A DNA stretch of 64,000 bases from Nemertoderma westbladi (taxonomy: Eukaryota > Animalia > Xenacoelomorpha), in the NCBI GenBank assembly GCA_032718475.1, contig JAUCBJ010006247.1, forward strand, positions 1-64,000. The letters run 5' to 3'. Of this stretch, positions 39,001 to 51,446 are shown in pieces. The position numbers and the translations under genes are program-made. How positions within the stretch are numbered: the stretch's first letter is position 1; the number at the start of each line of letters is the position of its first letter. The notes beneath the pieces were generated by a model. The model ran no database searches. It had not been told where the DNA came from and was given only the letters and a program-made list of their open reading frames with translations.

Positions 39001-39552
39001 CCAGGCTGCAAACCACCACTGAACCGCGCACAACGCCTGCGCACAATTTTTCACCCGCGCAATATTGGACAATGCGCATGCACCGAAAAAAAACGCGAAC
39101 ACCACATTTTAACAAAAAAAAACGAAAAACATATACGAGCGAAACGAGCAAAATTTTTTCATTAACAATGCAAAATGAAAAAGATACGCGAGTAAAACTC
39201 AAAGTGAGCGAAATTTACGCGAGTAAAACTCAAAGTGAGCGAAATTTCTAAATTTAGACATTTGGGCAATCTGACAATGCAAAATGCAAAGAAACGCGAG
39301 CGTACGGTAGCGAGCGAAATTTTTTGTGGCGAATTATTTTTCTCACTTTGCATGCATGAAAAACTTTTTTACACCTCATCTGCCTGTCCGCGCACTTTAT
39401 GACTTTTGATATTTTGCACAGATTACTGCGCACTTTTGTTGTCTTTCACATAATTTCGCGCACTTTTATTTCAATTCCGCGCGCTTTTACCGCGCACTAT
39501 TTCAAATACGCGCACAACGAGTTGCGATTTTTGCACTTCATTTGCAGCCTGG
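39001..39552. mobile_element. 552-bp MITE with 8-bp TSD (hAT-type TSD length)
   Basis: TIR CCAGGCTGCAAA / TTTGCAGCCTGG; CTGCTATA at 38993-39000 and 39553-39560; CGCGCA-rich subtermini. Confidence 0.88.
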
Positions 39553-41059
39553 CTGCTATAACTGTAGCCAAAGCTAACAGGTAACAAGTAATATCAAGTA
39601 ACACCAATATGTTGTGATACAACAGTGTGGTTTGGTTTTTTACACAACGAACTTAGCACTTTTGCAACACGTATCATCGGTATGCTTGTTGTTTCATTTC
39701 AAAATAATCCAATCCAATCAGTCAGTTTACATTATTACTTCGTTGTTGAATTTCCATCTAGGCCTATAATATTTTCTGTTCCCATCTAAAGTTATAATGA
39801 TAAGAACTTGGAATAAAGTTATTCACAATGTTTTAATCTTCGTATGTTAGTTTGTTTTCCTCGGATAAGCATACACAATGTAAATTGTTACTTTATACAT
39901 CCCCCCAATTATGTAAATAGTAAATGGTTATAATTATTCGTATAACATTGGTTATGTTATTTCAGACGTAAACACGCGATTATTATCTGACTTGGGAACT
40001 ACCGCTGCAAAAATTCCACGATAATTTAGGATTTCCGATCTCTTGAGGTCAGTATATTGGAAATATAGTGGGGGAACCATTAATGAATCCCAAACCTTCC
40101 TGAATAATCTATTTAATTATCCTAGCTAGGTTACAATAGGTGCTTAATTCAGTGAGCGGTCCAGGTTAATAGCGCTGCACTACAATCAGAACGTTAGGAG
40201 AACTAAGAATATTGGGTTTACATAGTCGGTGCTGATTAAGGAATGCCAAGTGGGACGGTTGGGGGCCGAGCCTTGTAAAGTTAGTGCGAGCCTTATGGTA
40301 CGTAAAGTAGTTGACTAGGTCTGGTGTTGGTGGGTTCGAGTTGGCGTGTGAGGTGAGTCTGTCTGTTTAAATATTTAACATACTTCATATGTCAGTTATT
40401 TTCAAGTTAAGTCGTGACTTGAATAAGGTAATGTTTGATTTGATCAAGTTGAGTTATTAAGGTAAGTAAGTATGTTTTGTTGCACCATTTATTGAAGCGA
40501 CTAAGACTGTTACTCTATTTATATGGTATTATTTCAAATGATGGGTTGGTCATCAACAAATAATAAACATTTTGCAAGGATGTATGGTACTTTGTGTTAC
40601 GGTACTAGGGTACTTTCCGTTTGTGTTAATTGAGTAATTAATTTTGGTAATTTTGAGTGTGTTAATTGAGGAATATAATTGAGGTAATTGATGTTTTTTT
40701 TATATCAATTTAATCCACGCTTATGATTTAGTCTGCATACTGCTAACACCCACCCTCCATCATTCTTTATAGCCTCCATAGTAAAGTAAATAAATTGGTG
40801 TTAACATGTTATTGCAATGTTATTTCAAGAAGAAAATAGTTTGCTAAATTATGATTCTTGTCCAGTCCATTACATTAATGTGGAATGTCTCACCTCACGT
40901 GGGGTCGAACCAGCGATGTGCGGTAGGTATGATGTTTCGTAGTAGTAATGTAATAGTTAGTACTTTACTTTTTTTTAGAAAAAAGTTAGTAAAGTTTTCG
41001 GTGAACCGAAACACGAATCACTGGAACTCAATCCGTATCTCTCTTGGCTGTTTCCTGTA

Positions 41060-41295
41060 AAGGCAGGTAGTGCGCTATTCTAACTCATACCCGGTAATCT
41101 CTCTTTACTCCCCAGCAGCCGTAGCCAGGTCCCCATTGTATTGACAGGGTTTGTGGGTGACTGACTGGGTGGGAATGGCCAGTGGGCACTAACTTATAAA
41201 GTGTCTTGCTTAGGGAGATAATAGTGCGAAATGTAAGCAGCCTTTAGTCAGACTGGAAACCGCGCCGGCAGTCAATATTGCGATAGCAGTCAGCG
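41060..41295 (-). mobile_element. Degenerate SINE remnant
   Basis: CAGGTCCCCATTGTA...GGGT...AAGTGTCTTGCTTAGGGAGA resembles the reverse strand of widespread invertebrate SINE cores; Pol III boxes eroded. Confidence 0.4.
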
Positions 41296-42607
41296 TTTCT
41301 GAGAAAATGTTTGGTAACTTCAATCGACCAATATTTTCCGATTGTCTCTCCGGTTAAATAGAATATCCTAAGTTTCGTAAGTGTTTGTTACTAATAGCTA
41401 TTGTTTATGGGTTACCTGCATCACGATTGTACGTAATGGTTCTTATACTTCTCGCTCCTAGTCTAGACTGACACTTACCAATCGCTCTTAGGATTGCAGG
41501 TTGGAGATGATTGACAGCTAACACACGGCCAGCTGGGGTTGGCCGTTTCAGTGTTGAACTAACATGTTAAAAGGTGGCAAGTAGGCGATAGTTGCATGGG
41601 ATAGTCTTTCCTGGGTAATTGATACTGACACCTGCTCAATTTGTTTGGTGTTTAACATAGCTTAAGTTATTCCGGCAACCCATGGGGAATTTTAGTTTAA
41701 AGGCTTATCTAAGATTTTGGCAGGTGCAGCAAAGCAGCAAATCTTTTGAAGCTTCCTAATTCTCTAGTGGAAGGGGTCACTGGTGTTTTGTTTATTCTCC
41801 AGTAGGCTTCTTGCTGATAAGCTAATTTGATTTGTCAATATAATTTATCTCTTTAATATAAATCTGGTTGTTTTGCTTGTATTGATTGTTTAATACCCAG
41901 ACAGAGTGAGACAGTTACCCTTCCTTTAACTTTCCTGTCATTTGGACTGAAAAATGTATTATTTTATTTAATATTGAATATTTTATGAAGAGTAGGAATT
42001 AATAAATCTGTACAATTTGTGACTTTGTCCGTAATATAGCTAAGTAATATAATTTAATTTCTATAATTTTAATTAATTTTATAATTTTTTTCTATAATTT
42101 TACAAATATAATTTTTTTGGGTTATTCTTCTGTGTATTTGTAATGTATTTATTAGTTAGTTTAATTAGTTAGTGTACATTAATCAACCACACTACTCTGT
42201 AAAACCATTATAACTAGAATAATATTTAATTTAATTGGAGGTTAGTATTACAAAATTATAATTTGTGTTCAAATTATCTCCTTTTTCAAAGAAAAGACAG
42301 TGTCATTAATTCTGCAAGAAGGGATTCCACAAGTTATATATTTAATATTTATTATTAAAACATCTGTGACATTCACAATCTGCATAAGGAATTGAAGGCT
42401 CATTCCGAAGTAAATAGGCTTTAAAATTCAAATTTACAAGCACGAATCAGGCAATATAGATAATATTGAGACCTATACATAATTACCTAACCTAATGATT
42501 CAGTTTGTGGACAATAATTGACGTCTCACCAAAATTTAAAAATGAACAAAAAAAACAAATTAATCAAGAAGTTTAAATTATGGTATTTGTAGTTGGGTCG
42601 TATTCAA

Positions 42608-42877
42608 AATAAAGTAAAGTTTTCTTGGTTGGTTTGGCCAGGGATTACGCACAAAAAGTCTAATGACTTCCCCGTCCATTTATTTCCAGAACTAATATAC
42701 TCCCCAGAGGAAATTGTTACTCATTTAGCCACCATTTAAGGATGCAAGGTAGAGATGCGCCCTTTCTAGTCCCTTTAAAGCATTTGAAACTAAAACTACC
42801 CTGGTCCCAAGGCGGGGATCGAACCCTCAACCTCCAAGGATATTGGAATTCAATGTAACCACTACACCATGGTGGGA
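42608..42877 (-). mobile_element. tRNA-derived SINE
   Basis: Minus strand A box TGGTGTAGTGG, B box GGTTCGATCC, (TTTAC)n tail; alignable by eye with 63300-63578. Confidence 0.85.
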
Positions 42878-43117
42878 CTTAATTCGAGACTGTATCATAA
42901 GAAGGAGACAAGACAGAACGAAAATCAGTCGTTTGGAGCAATATTAACAGAACAAAAATAAGGAAAAAAATTTAGAACGAACGCAAGAAACTTAATATTA
43001 TTATACCAACTTTGGGGACCAACTTTTATTATAACTTTGGGGAGAATGTAAAATATGGGTATATTAATATAATCTTAAACAAAATTATTAATTAAATTAT
43101 ATAAATAAAATTATTAA

Positions 43118-44053
43118 GGGGGTGGGGGGGGGGGGGGGGGGGGTCATTTTTTTTCATCAGATTTTTATTAATGTGTTTCCCAATGTGAAACTTTATGGCG
43201 ATTCCGAATCCAAATCAGTTTTTTTCGATAAGTTGTTTCGTTCTCGAGTTATGGCAACTTTTATAATTTTCAACCAAATTTTGAAAAATTTTAATTTTGT
43301 TGCAGCACCACATTTGACACCAAAAAAGACCATCAAACACCCAGAAATTTCGAAATATTTTACCATTTTCGGAATCAGCACCGAAAATTAGAAGAAGATC
43401 ATTTTTGAAAAAAAATTTTTTTTTAACAATGTTCACTTTAGGTGCATGTTTGGTCAGTTGTAATCAGGAGGATATTCAAATGTAATTTTTCTCTCGTAGG
43501 CTTTTTGGCTTCCGATTTTCGTTCTATTTGCAGAATTATGTAGAGGAATATTCCGCGCAAAAATTTTGATGACAATAATTTTTAAATTTTGTTTAAAAAA
43601 AAGTTATGGCATTTTTCGTTTCAAAAATACCGAAAAATCGAAAAAAAATCAAAATTTCGCGATTTTTTACACAAAAAATGCCATACCCTTTTTTGACACA
43701 AAATTTATAATTCTGTCAACACAATTTTTGCGTGGAATATTCCTCTACATAATTCTGCAAACAGAACGAAAATCGGTTGAGTCGTTAAAAAGTTGATAAA
43801 TGAAGTGTCCCAAAAAAGCCAACTCGAGAAAAATGACATTTAAATTTCCCCCTGATTACAACCGACCAATCATGCTTAAAAATTTTCAAATTTTGGGTGA
43901 AAATTATAAAAGTTGCCATAACTCGAGAACAAAACAACTTTTCGAAAAACTGATTTCAGATTCAGAATCACCATAAAATATTACATCGGAAAACACATTT
44001 AAAAAAATCTGATGTAAAAAAAAGAATGGGGGTGAACCCCCCCCCCCCCCACC
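43118..44053. mobile_element. Nearly fully palindromic Kolobok-like MITE
   Basis: TTAA at 43114-43117 and 44054-44057; G-run/C-run termini; ~180-bp outer IR (CTCGAGTTATGGCAACTTTTATAATTTT) and second inner IR (CAGAATTATGTAGAGGAATATTCC). Confidence 0.85.
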
Positions 44054-47000
44054 TTAAATTATTACCTAGAAAATAAACTGATATAAAAAATGAATGAATA
44101 TTGTAATCAGACAAATTTATAACAGGCAAAATTGACATTTCACTGACAGACACGACATCCTTCTGGCAAGTGAAGACTGTCATTTCACTTGATTACTTAT
44201 AAGACAAACTGCAGTCAGACGGGCTTCATGATTCTTATTTGATAGTCAATGTGACTCACTTTTTTTCTCCACACGCATTTCATCATTCGCAAACAAATGA
44301 TTTATGCTATCATTGCTATATATCTGAGCCCTGGGTATATTTTCAGATAACCTTTCAATGTTCAATCTATGCCAGTGATTTTTATATTGTGTTGGGTTTA
44401 CCACGTAAGTTTATCAACAGTAATTTAAACTCCGGTGAAAACACAGGAATGTAAAAGTTTGTTTAATCTCTTTGGATTGTAAGGCATCATCCACACTGTC
44501 TGCATCCCCATGTAATGGCATGTTTAGTTTATAATTTATATTAAGCCGTAATAAATTACGGGTCCCGGAAATGAGAACTCAGCGAAGACAGGTGCATCGA
44601 GATCGCATCACCTGGCGGTTCCTTCCTAATCAAAAGGACCTTGGCTAATCACCGCCAGTATTTTTTCTCATTATACCTGTATAATAATTATATAGTGTTT
44701 TCCTATACGATATAGAATGTTTAGGCTTGTCTTCGTATGCAACTTGTTGGTTGACATGTTATTTTTTCTGTCTTATTAACTTCTTGGTGAAGAATTTCCG
44801 ACAAATTATTGAATGATTTGAGTTCAACTATGTTTAACTTTGTTTCGGAGGCGTAGTTGGAAGTTCGGGGGGGTCAATGTTTTGCTGCCTGGTTGTAGAG
44901 AGTTGTATTACAAATTCTATTAAAATGTATTTTAAATTTGTTTTCGCGAGACCACCAACCTATTTTTCAAACCAATTTTTCCTGTCTTTGTTAATTTGCA
45001 TATCCGTAGCAACGATTAATGGCAATGGGTTCTCAAATATAAACATTCATTAAGCAGACAGAAAATATTGTGTGAGATTATTTTAAAACGTGTGTCATTT
45101 ACCTTGTAACTAATATAACACGTAACCCCTTACTAGTGAGATTGAATCAAACAGATATGGGGTAATAGCCGACAATGCGGTGGGGTGGTGGGTGGGCAAT
45201 TCCTGGCACAAAGCCAGGTTCGTCCCATTGTTATTGAATAGCGGCACGAGCTAGGTAGCATGCTTCTAGTGGCTGCTACTCAGCACACAGTAACTATAAC
45301 CAACCTCCCAGGTCGGAAAGGGTTAGTTCCTTGTATTTGCTTTAGGACACTTATCGCTCTAACGATCTATGTGTTCTATTTCTCATTTGCTAGGAATTAC
45401 ATGAAAAAAATGCGAAAGCTTGTTCTACCTACACCAAGCGTTATTCGCTATTACAGTGTAAATGGATGGATTGGGTATAATAATAAACACGTATGCAATG
45501 CATCCTTTAGTGGTAGGGAGAGGTCAATTTGTGAATTGGATAAATTGCTCATCAGCTATTTCCTAATAGTCGAATATGTTCATTGTGTCAAATACAATTC
45601 ACTTTATATACACAATTTGAGGAGACTCACCCCCCACCACAGCCTGACACTTGAACTGACCCGCCTCCGCTTTGCAGGACATTACTTTCGCCGTGATAAC
45701 CAGCTAATCCCGTGCAAGATTCCCTTATAATGTTGGCTAATATTATATAATATCCTATGACTTGTTTGAGACGCAGGCGCCTCTTAAAGGACACTGGCCT
45801 ACAAGATGCCGATAATATCGCTAAGGTAATCGGTAATGGAATATAGGGAGTTGTGCCGGCCAATTTTGTTGACAAAAAGGAAACAGCCAGCATATCATTT
45901 CTACTGCAGCTGCGTTGCAGCATGCCGGCTAGGCCTATAGATTGTTGCCTGACACATATCAATGGAATCGTACGGCTGTGACATGATAGCCATCGGAAAT
46001 ATACTTTTGGCTCGCTCCATGCATACATCCAGTTTTCTTAGTTGTTATGTTTCATGTACATTCAAGGAACACAGTACTTTGTCTATTGCTACAATGATTT
46101 TGAAGATTTTGTTTGGCTGCATTGATTTTGGAGTAAATTTCGTTTAGCTGTGCAAGGATTTTGGGGAAATTAATTTGACTGCAAGAACTTTGATAGTTCA
46201 TGTCTCATCTTCAAAACATGCCCTGGTATTCGGTTGTTGACTCTTTTCCTTATTGGTAGCTTTCACTATGCGGTGCTCGCGATGCGACATATCTGCTGTT
46301 TTTGGCTTTCGGTCGGTTTCTGTGTTCGATATTGAGCTTTTGGGTTCGATCTTATGCCATAACATTTACTCTCTATCCATTTCAATATGATCCCCTCGCC
46401 GTTAGCCTTACCCTCCCTGGTGTGCTCACCCAGTTGAATAAATACCCCCCACCCCCCCCCCCCCCCTCCCCACCCTCCTCATGCAGCACGCATCGATCAT
46501 CCATGCTACTTGAATATCGGTTAACGGCCACTGCAATGCATCAAGTCTCATGGAAGAGAAACCGACTTGCTTATTCAAGCGTTACTTAGGCCTACTATAT
46601 GTTATATATGGATATATATATATATACGTGGCCGCCATGGGCCTTGGTTTCACTCTACTGCGCGCTCTATATACCGCTAAACCTTAGCTGATGCCATTCA
46701 ATGGGCCGCTAATTATGGTTAGGCGAGTGGTTGAAAGCAGTGTTTATATGTCCAGAGGAACTTTCAATTAACTAGCTCATACCCCCCCCTGCTCCAGGCA
46801 TGGCGAACGAATCAAAGGCAAATATTGCTTGATTCAGTTTCCCTGCCTCCTTTGTTGCTTCACGTTGATAGGTGTTAATAATTGAAGACATTTTTTATGA
46901 TTGTTATGCTTCAACGTTAGTCGATGAACAATCTGCCCCCCCCCCCCCCCCCCATCACTGCTTCTTTAAATATTCTTCTTTGTCCAGTCTTTGGCTGCAT

Positions 47001-47335
47001 TATATCATAAAATATGTAATCGAAGTCGCCTATAAATCAATTTCTGATGATCACCATTTTGCGATTCAGCCAGCAATGAGTGCAATGACAAATTGTTAGT
47101 ACAGCAGAAGCAGAAAAGGCGGTTAGTTCTTGCAGTAGCAATGGAGCAGCACTTACACAATTATTTATAGAACCAAGTAAAATGCCGTGAAATTCAAAAG
47201 GCTCCTAAAGTAAGCAAACGGAAAATACATTATATTCAGTATGGGCAATGTCAGTGATAATCCCAGTTAGACTCAGACTGAATTGTACCACTCACTGCAG
47301 CATTACAGTAAGAAGCACCTGCACTTATTCTGTAA

Positions 47336-48046
47336 CACCTGCAGTGATGACGTAGCTGCATCACCTGCAGTGATGTTGTAGCTGCAGCACCTTCAGTGAT
47401 GATGTAGCTGCAGCACTTGCATTTATGAAGTTGCACCTGTATTGATGATGTATAGCTGCAGCACCTACAGTGATGTTGTAGCTGCAGCACTTGCATTTAT
47501 GAAGTAGCACCTGTATTGATGATGTATAGTTGCAGCACCTGTAGTGAGTGATGATGTATAGCTGCAGCACCTGCAGTGATGTTGTAGCTGCAGCACCTTC
47601 AGTGATGATGTAGCTGCAGCACTTGCATTTATGAAGTAGCACCTGTATTGATGATGTATAGCTGCAGCACCTACAGTGATGTTGAAGCTGCAGCACCTGC
47701 AGTGATGTTGTAGCTGCAGCACCTTCAGTGATGATGTAGCTGCAGCACTTGCATTTATGAAGTAGCACCTGTATTGATGATGTATAGCTGCATCACCTGT
47801 TGTGAGTGATGATGTATAGCTGCAGCACCTGCAGTGATGTTGTAGCTGCAGCACCTTCAGTGATGATGTAGCTGCAGCACTTGCATTTATGAAGTAGCAC
47901 CTGTATTGATGATGTATAGCTGCAGCACCTGCAGTGATGATGTAGCTGCAGCACCTGAAGTGATGTTGTTAACTGCAGCACCTTCAGTGATGCTGTAGCT
48001 GCAGCACCTGCAGTGATGCTGTAGCTGTAGCAGCATCTGCAGCACC
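47336..48046. repeat. ~26-bp minisatellite (GCTGCAGCACCTGCAGTGATGTTGTA)n with higher-order variants
   Basis: Directly visible; recurring composite block with ACTTGCATTTATGAAGTAGCACCTGTATTGAT. Confidence 0.92.
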
Positions 48047-48383
48047 TCCAACATTTGAGATTTCGCTAATAAAGCAATAAATTCCCGTTTCTAAAAAGCA
48101 TTTTTTGAATTAGCAACATAGCAATGATTTCATCCAAATACATCTAAATCCCTGTTCTTGTATCCAAAACATTCAGTCCGCGGCAATGCCGATTTTAGGG
48201 CATTCATCATAATACAGGAAATCGACTATCTTTTTATTCTTTTTGTAGTTTTTACTGCCCTGGTGACTAAAGAAAAACAACGAGCTCTTTATATCAATTA
48301 ATTTCTGCCACAAGGGCCATCGTCAGGATATAAACAAACAAACAAACAAACAGAAACGACACCACAAAAAGGTAGTCTATTTC

Positions 48384-50876
48384 ATGAAACAAATATATAT
48401 CCAGTCATATTTTCGTCGTGTTACGACGGCTATGACTTGTAAACAGCATCAGGTTTTTCGAAAAGATCGCCCCTCTCTTGGCGGCGGGGTGGCAATACTG
48501 GTGCGCAACAACATTCGTTGTGTGAATGTTCCTCTCCCTAACAACCTGGATGGACTCGAGGTGGTCGCTGTCGATTTTCTCGGGTCGACTCCTTTCCGTA
48601 TGGTTTGCGCCTACAGAACCCCAGATTCTGAAACCGGAGAAGAGAGAACGGAGAAGTTGGAACTGGACTGCAAACTGAGGCAATGTATCTCATCGCTGTG
48701 CGACGTCACCCAACCTTGTCTCGTGGTAGGCGATTTCAATCTGCCTGATTTTAACTGGAAGGATTTTAATTACCCATCAAGCCACAACTACGAACAGTTT
48801 TCTTTATTTATTTTAGAAAATGGTTTTGATCAACTGGTTACAAGACCCACTCGTGAGGATAATATTTTAGATATAATTTTAGTTTCTGACGAATCAATTG
48901 TGTCTGATGTTGAAGTAGGGCATACTTTTTCAACCAGTGACCACTCAATAGTAAACTTTTATACTTTAGGACCAGACATTTTAATTCCAGTTAACAATTT
49001 GGGTTTTTACGATTTTAAAAATGCTGATTTTGTAGGATTTTCCCATTACATTTCGAACATTAATTGGCACCTCAATTTTGACTCGTGCAGTACGATTGAT
49101 GAATTTTGGAACGTTTTTTCAACAGTACTTAAAGACGGTGTTGATAAATTTGTACCATACAAACTACTAAACACTAAGAAAAAGGTGTACCCACATCACA
49201 TTCGCGCACTACAACGAAAGAAAAAGTTACTTTGTCGCCGGCGCCACACGGAGATCGGTAAATCAGATTACAACCGTTGTTGTAAGGAACTGTCGGAGGC
49301 AATTCTCCGATCTGAATGTTTACGAGAATATAAAATTCTAAACAGTGGAAAGGCGAATGTTTTGTTTAATTACGTAAACTTAAAGTGCAAATCTAGACAG
49401 GGAATTTCACCTCTTTCATTTAATGGTGCCACAATTGTAGATGATGCCGTCAAGGCTGATATTTTCGCTAAGGTTCTGTCAGACAATTTTAATATTGATA
49501 ATAACGATTGCCCTACATTTACGCGGAGGGTCCCGCAATCTGTATATATTTCTAAAGTCGATTTTTCAGTTGATCGTGTTTTCTCAATTATTCGTAAATT
49601 AGGTTCTAAAACAAGTCGTACGCCTGACGGTTTTCTGTGCATTTTATTCAGTAATTTAGCGTCAGTTTTATCTTTACCGTTATCTGTTATTTTTAATATT
49701 TCTTTTAAATCACATGCCCTTCCTTCAATTTGGTCTACAGCTATTATTGTCCCGTTGTACAAAAAAGGAAACTCGAGTGACCCATATAACTACAGACCCT
49801 TTTCATTGACTTGTATTGCGTGTAAAATTATGGAGCAGTGTATTAAACAAGATTTGTGTGATTACTTATTTACTAACAAATTAATTAATAAGGCCCAACA
49901 TGGCTTCTTAAAAAATAAGTCTACATGTACCCAGCTATTAGAATGTACAAAGGATTGGATTAAATTATTAGATAGAAAGTGCACTGTTGATGTAATCTAC
50001 ATAGACTTTGCGAAAGCCTTTGATTCTGTTGTGCACCAAAAACTTTTGTGTAAACTTTCTTCTTACGGTATAGTAGGTGACTTATTTTATTGGTTAAAGG
50101 CTTTTCTCGCATATAGATCACAACGTATTTTAGTTGGTAGTAGTTTCTCGGATTATAGTCCAGTTACGTCGGGCACCATACAAGGTAGCGTACTAGGTCC
50201 AATTTTATTTGTGCTTTTTATTAACGATTTACCGGATATATTTAATTTAGGGTTATCCTGTAAACTATTTGCGGACGACGTCAAAATATATGCGCCATCC
50301 AGCGACCATTTACTGATATCACAGTCCCTGTACAAAATCACAGAATGGTCTAATAAATGGCAGTTGAATATCGCTCCACACAAATGTATAGTGCTCTATT
50401 TAGGTTACAATAACCCTCAACAGCAATATTTTCTAGATAGTAAACTTGTTAAAGCAGAGGATGATAGTAAGGATCTGGGAGTTACGATTTCTTCTGATTT
50501 TAAATTTAATAAACATTGCCATGAGCGTGCTCTGAAATCAACTAAAGTAATCAATATGATTTTTAGATGTTTTCGTACTCGTAATATGGTAGCCCTAATT
50601 TGTGCTTATAAATCTTACGTGCGTCCCTTATTGGAATATTGTACAGTAATTTGGTCTCCTTTTACCAAAGGACATATAGATCTGATCGAACACGTACAGA
50701 GATATTTTACGCGCAGATTATTTTTTAGATGTAAATTAACCATGGTGCCTTATTTAGATAGACTTGAGTACTTAAACTTACAACCACTCGAAGTTAGACG
50801 TCATGTGTTTGATTTAAAACAGGTTTACTCTATAATCACCGGTGCAGTGCAAATGAATTTTGATGATTTTTTTTAG
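48384..50876 (+). CDS. CR1 ORF2: partial APE endonuclease plus reverse transcriptase; C-terminus continues in 50860-51096 after a +1 T frameshift
   Basis: GDFNLP, PTRE.NILD, SDH; YRPFSLT, QHGF, YIDFAKAFDSV, QGSVLGP, LFADD, RPLLEYC, RGHQYKL, WNDLP. The first ~19 codons come from flanking DNA. Confidence 0.9.
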   Translation: MKQIYIQSYFRRVTTAMTCKQHQVFRKDRPSLGGGVAILVRNNIRCVNVPLPNNLDGLEVVAVDFLGSTPFRMVCAYRTPDSETGEERTEKLELDCKLRQCISSLCDVTQPCLVVGDFNLPDFNWKDFNYPSSHNYEQFSLFILENGFDQLVTRPTREDNILDIILVSDESIVSDVEVGHTFSTSDHSIVNFYTLGPDILIPVNNLGFYDFKNADFVGFSHYISNINWHLNFDSCSTIDEFWNVFSTVLKDGVDKFVPYKLLNTKKKVYPHHIRALQRKKKLLCRRRHTEIGKSDYNRCCKELSEAILRSECLREYKILNSGKANVLFNYVNLKCKSRQGISPLSFNGATIVDDAVKADIFAKVLSDNFNIDNNDCPTFTRRVPQSVYISKVDFSVDRVFSIIRKLGSKTSRTPDGFLCILFSNLASVLSLPLSVIFNISFKSHALPSIWSTAIIVPLYKKGNSSDPYNYRPFSLTCIACKIMEQCIKQDLCDYLFTNKLINKAQHGFLKNKSTCTQLLECTKDWIKLLDRKCTVDVIYIDFAKAFDSVVHQKLLCKLSSYGIVGDLFYWLKAFLAYRSQRILVGSSFSDYSPVTSGTIQGSVLGPILFVLFINDLPDIFNLGLSCKLFADDVKIYAPSSDHLLISQSLYKITEWSNKWQLNIAPHKCIVLYLGYNNPQQQYFLDSKLVKAEDDSKDLGVTISSDFKFNKHCHERALKSTKVINMIFRCFRTRNMVALICAYKSYVRPLLEYCTVIWSPFTKGHIDLIEHVQRYFTRRLFFRCKLTMVPYLDRLEYLNLQPLEVRRHVFDLKQVYSIITGAVQMNFDDFF
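48417..48441 (+). repeat. Partial unit (25 bp) of the 42-bp minisatellite immediately 5' of the CR1 LINE
   Basis: CGTGTTACGACGGCTATGACTTGTA is identical to part of the unit in 51447-60223. Confidence 0.92.
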
Positions 50877-51446
50877 CTTTGCTTCACGAAGGGGTCTTAG
50901 AGGTCACCAATATAAATTGCAACACAATTTTTGCCGCCTACAAATTTGTCAGAAATATTTTTGTAATAGGATAGTTAGTATGTGGAACGACCTACCTTCT
51001 AATGCTGCATCAGCCCCAAACATTAATATTTTTAGTAATATTTTAGCACGGGATGTAGACCTTTTAAAATACTGCAGTTTTAACAGATTTTTATAATAAT
51101 TGGATTATTTTTGGCATAACTCATGTTATTATATAATACTATTTATTGTTAATATATCAATTTCAGTACGGGCAGTTTAACAATATTTTTTTAGAAAAAT
51201 ATTTTTATCAGGGAAACGTTTAATTATTTAATACTTTTTAGTTACTTTTACATGTACTTATAACGATTAGTATACAAATTAATTAACTTAAATAATGGAA
51301 TGGCTAACCGTAAGTGCACGGGCCTGGTTAGTCTCCTCCCCCACTACTTACTGTATATATTTTTATCTAATGATCTATTTTATTTGAAATAAATTTCACA
51401 TGTGCAATTTTTGACTATGGGTGTAATAATAATAATAATACTAATA
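48442..51446 (+). mobile_element. 5'-truncated CR1-clade LINE with (TAA)n tail
   Basis: Starts inside the APE domain (VFRKDR..GGGV), 3' UTR 51097-51423, TAA tail 51424-51446; GTA present at both junctions. Confidence 0.93.

Noticed and set aside
45627-46430. Possible old LINE RT C-terminal fragment on the minus strand
   Set aside because: Only vague resemblance and no diagnostic motif; needs a translated profile search.
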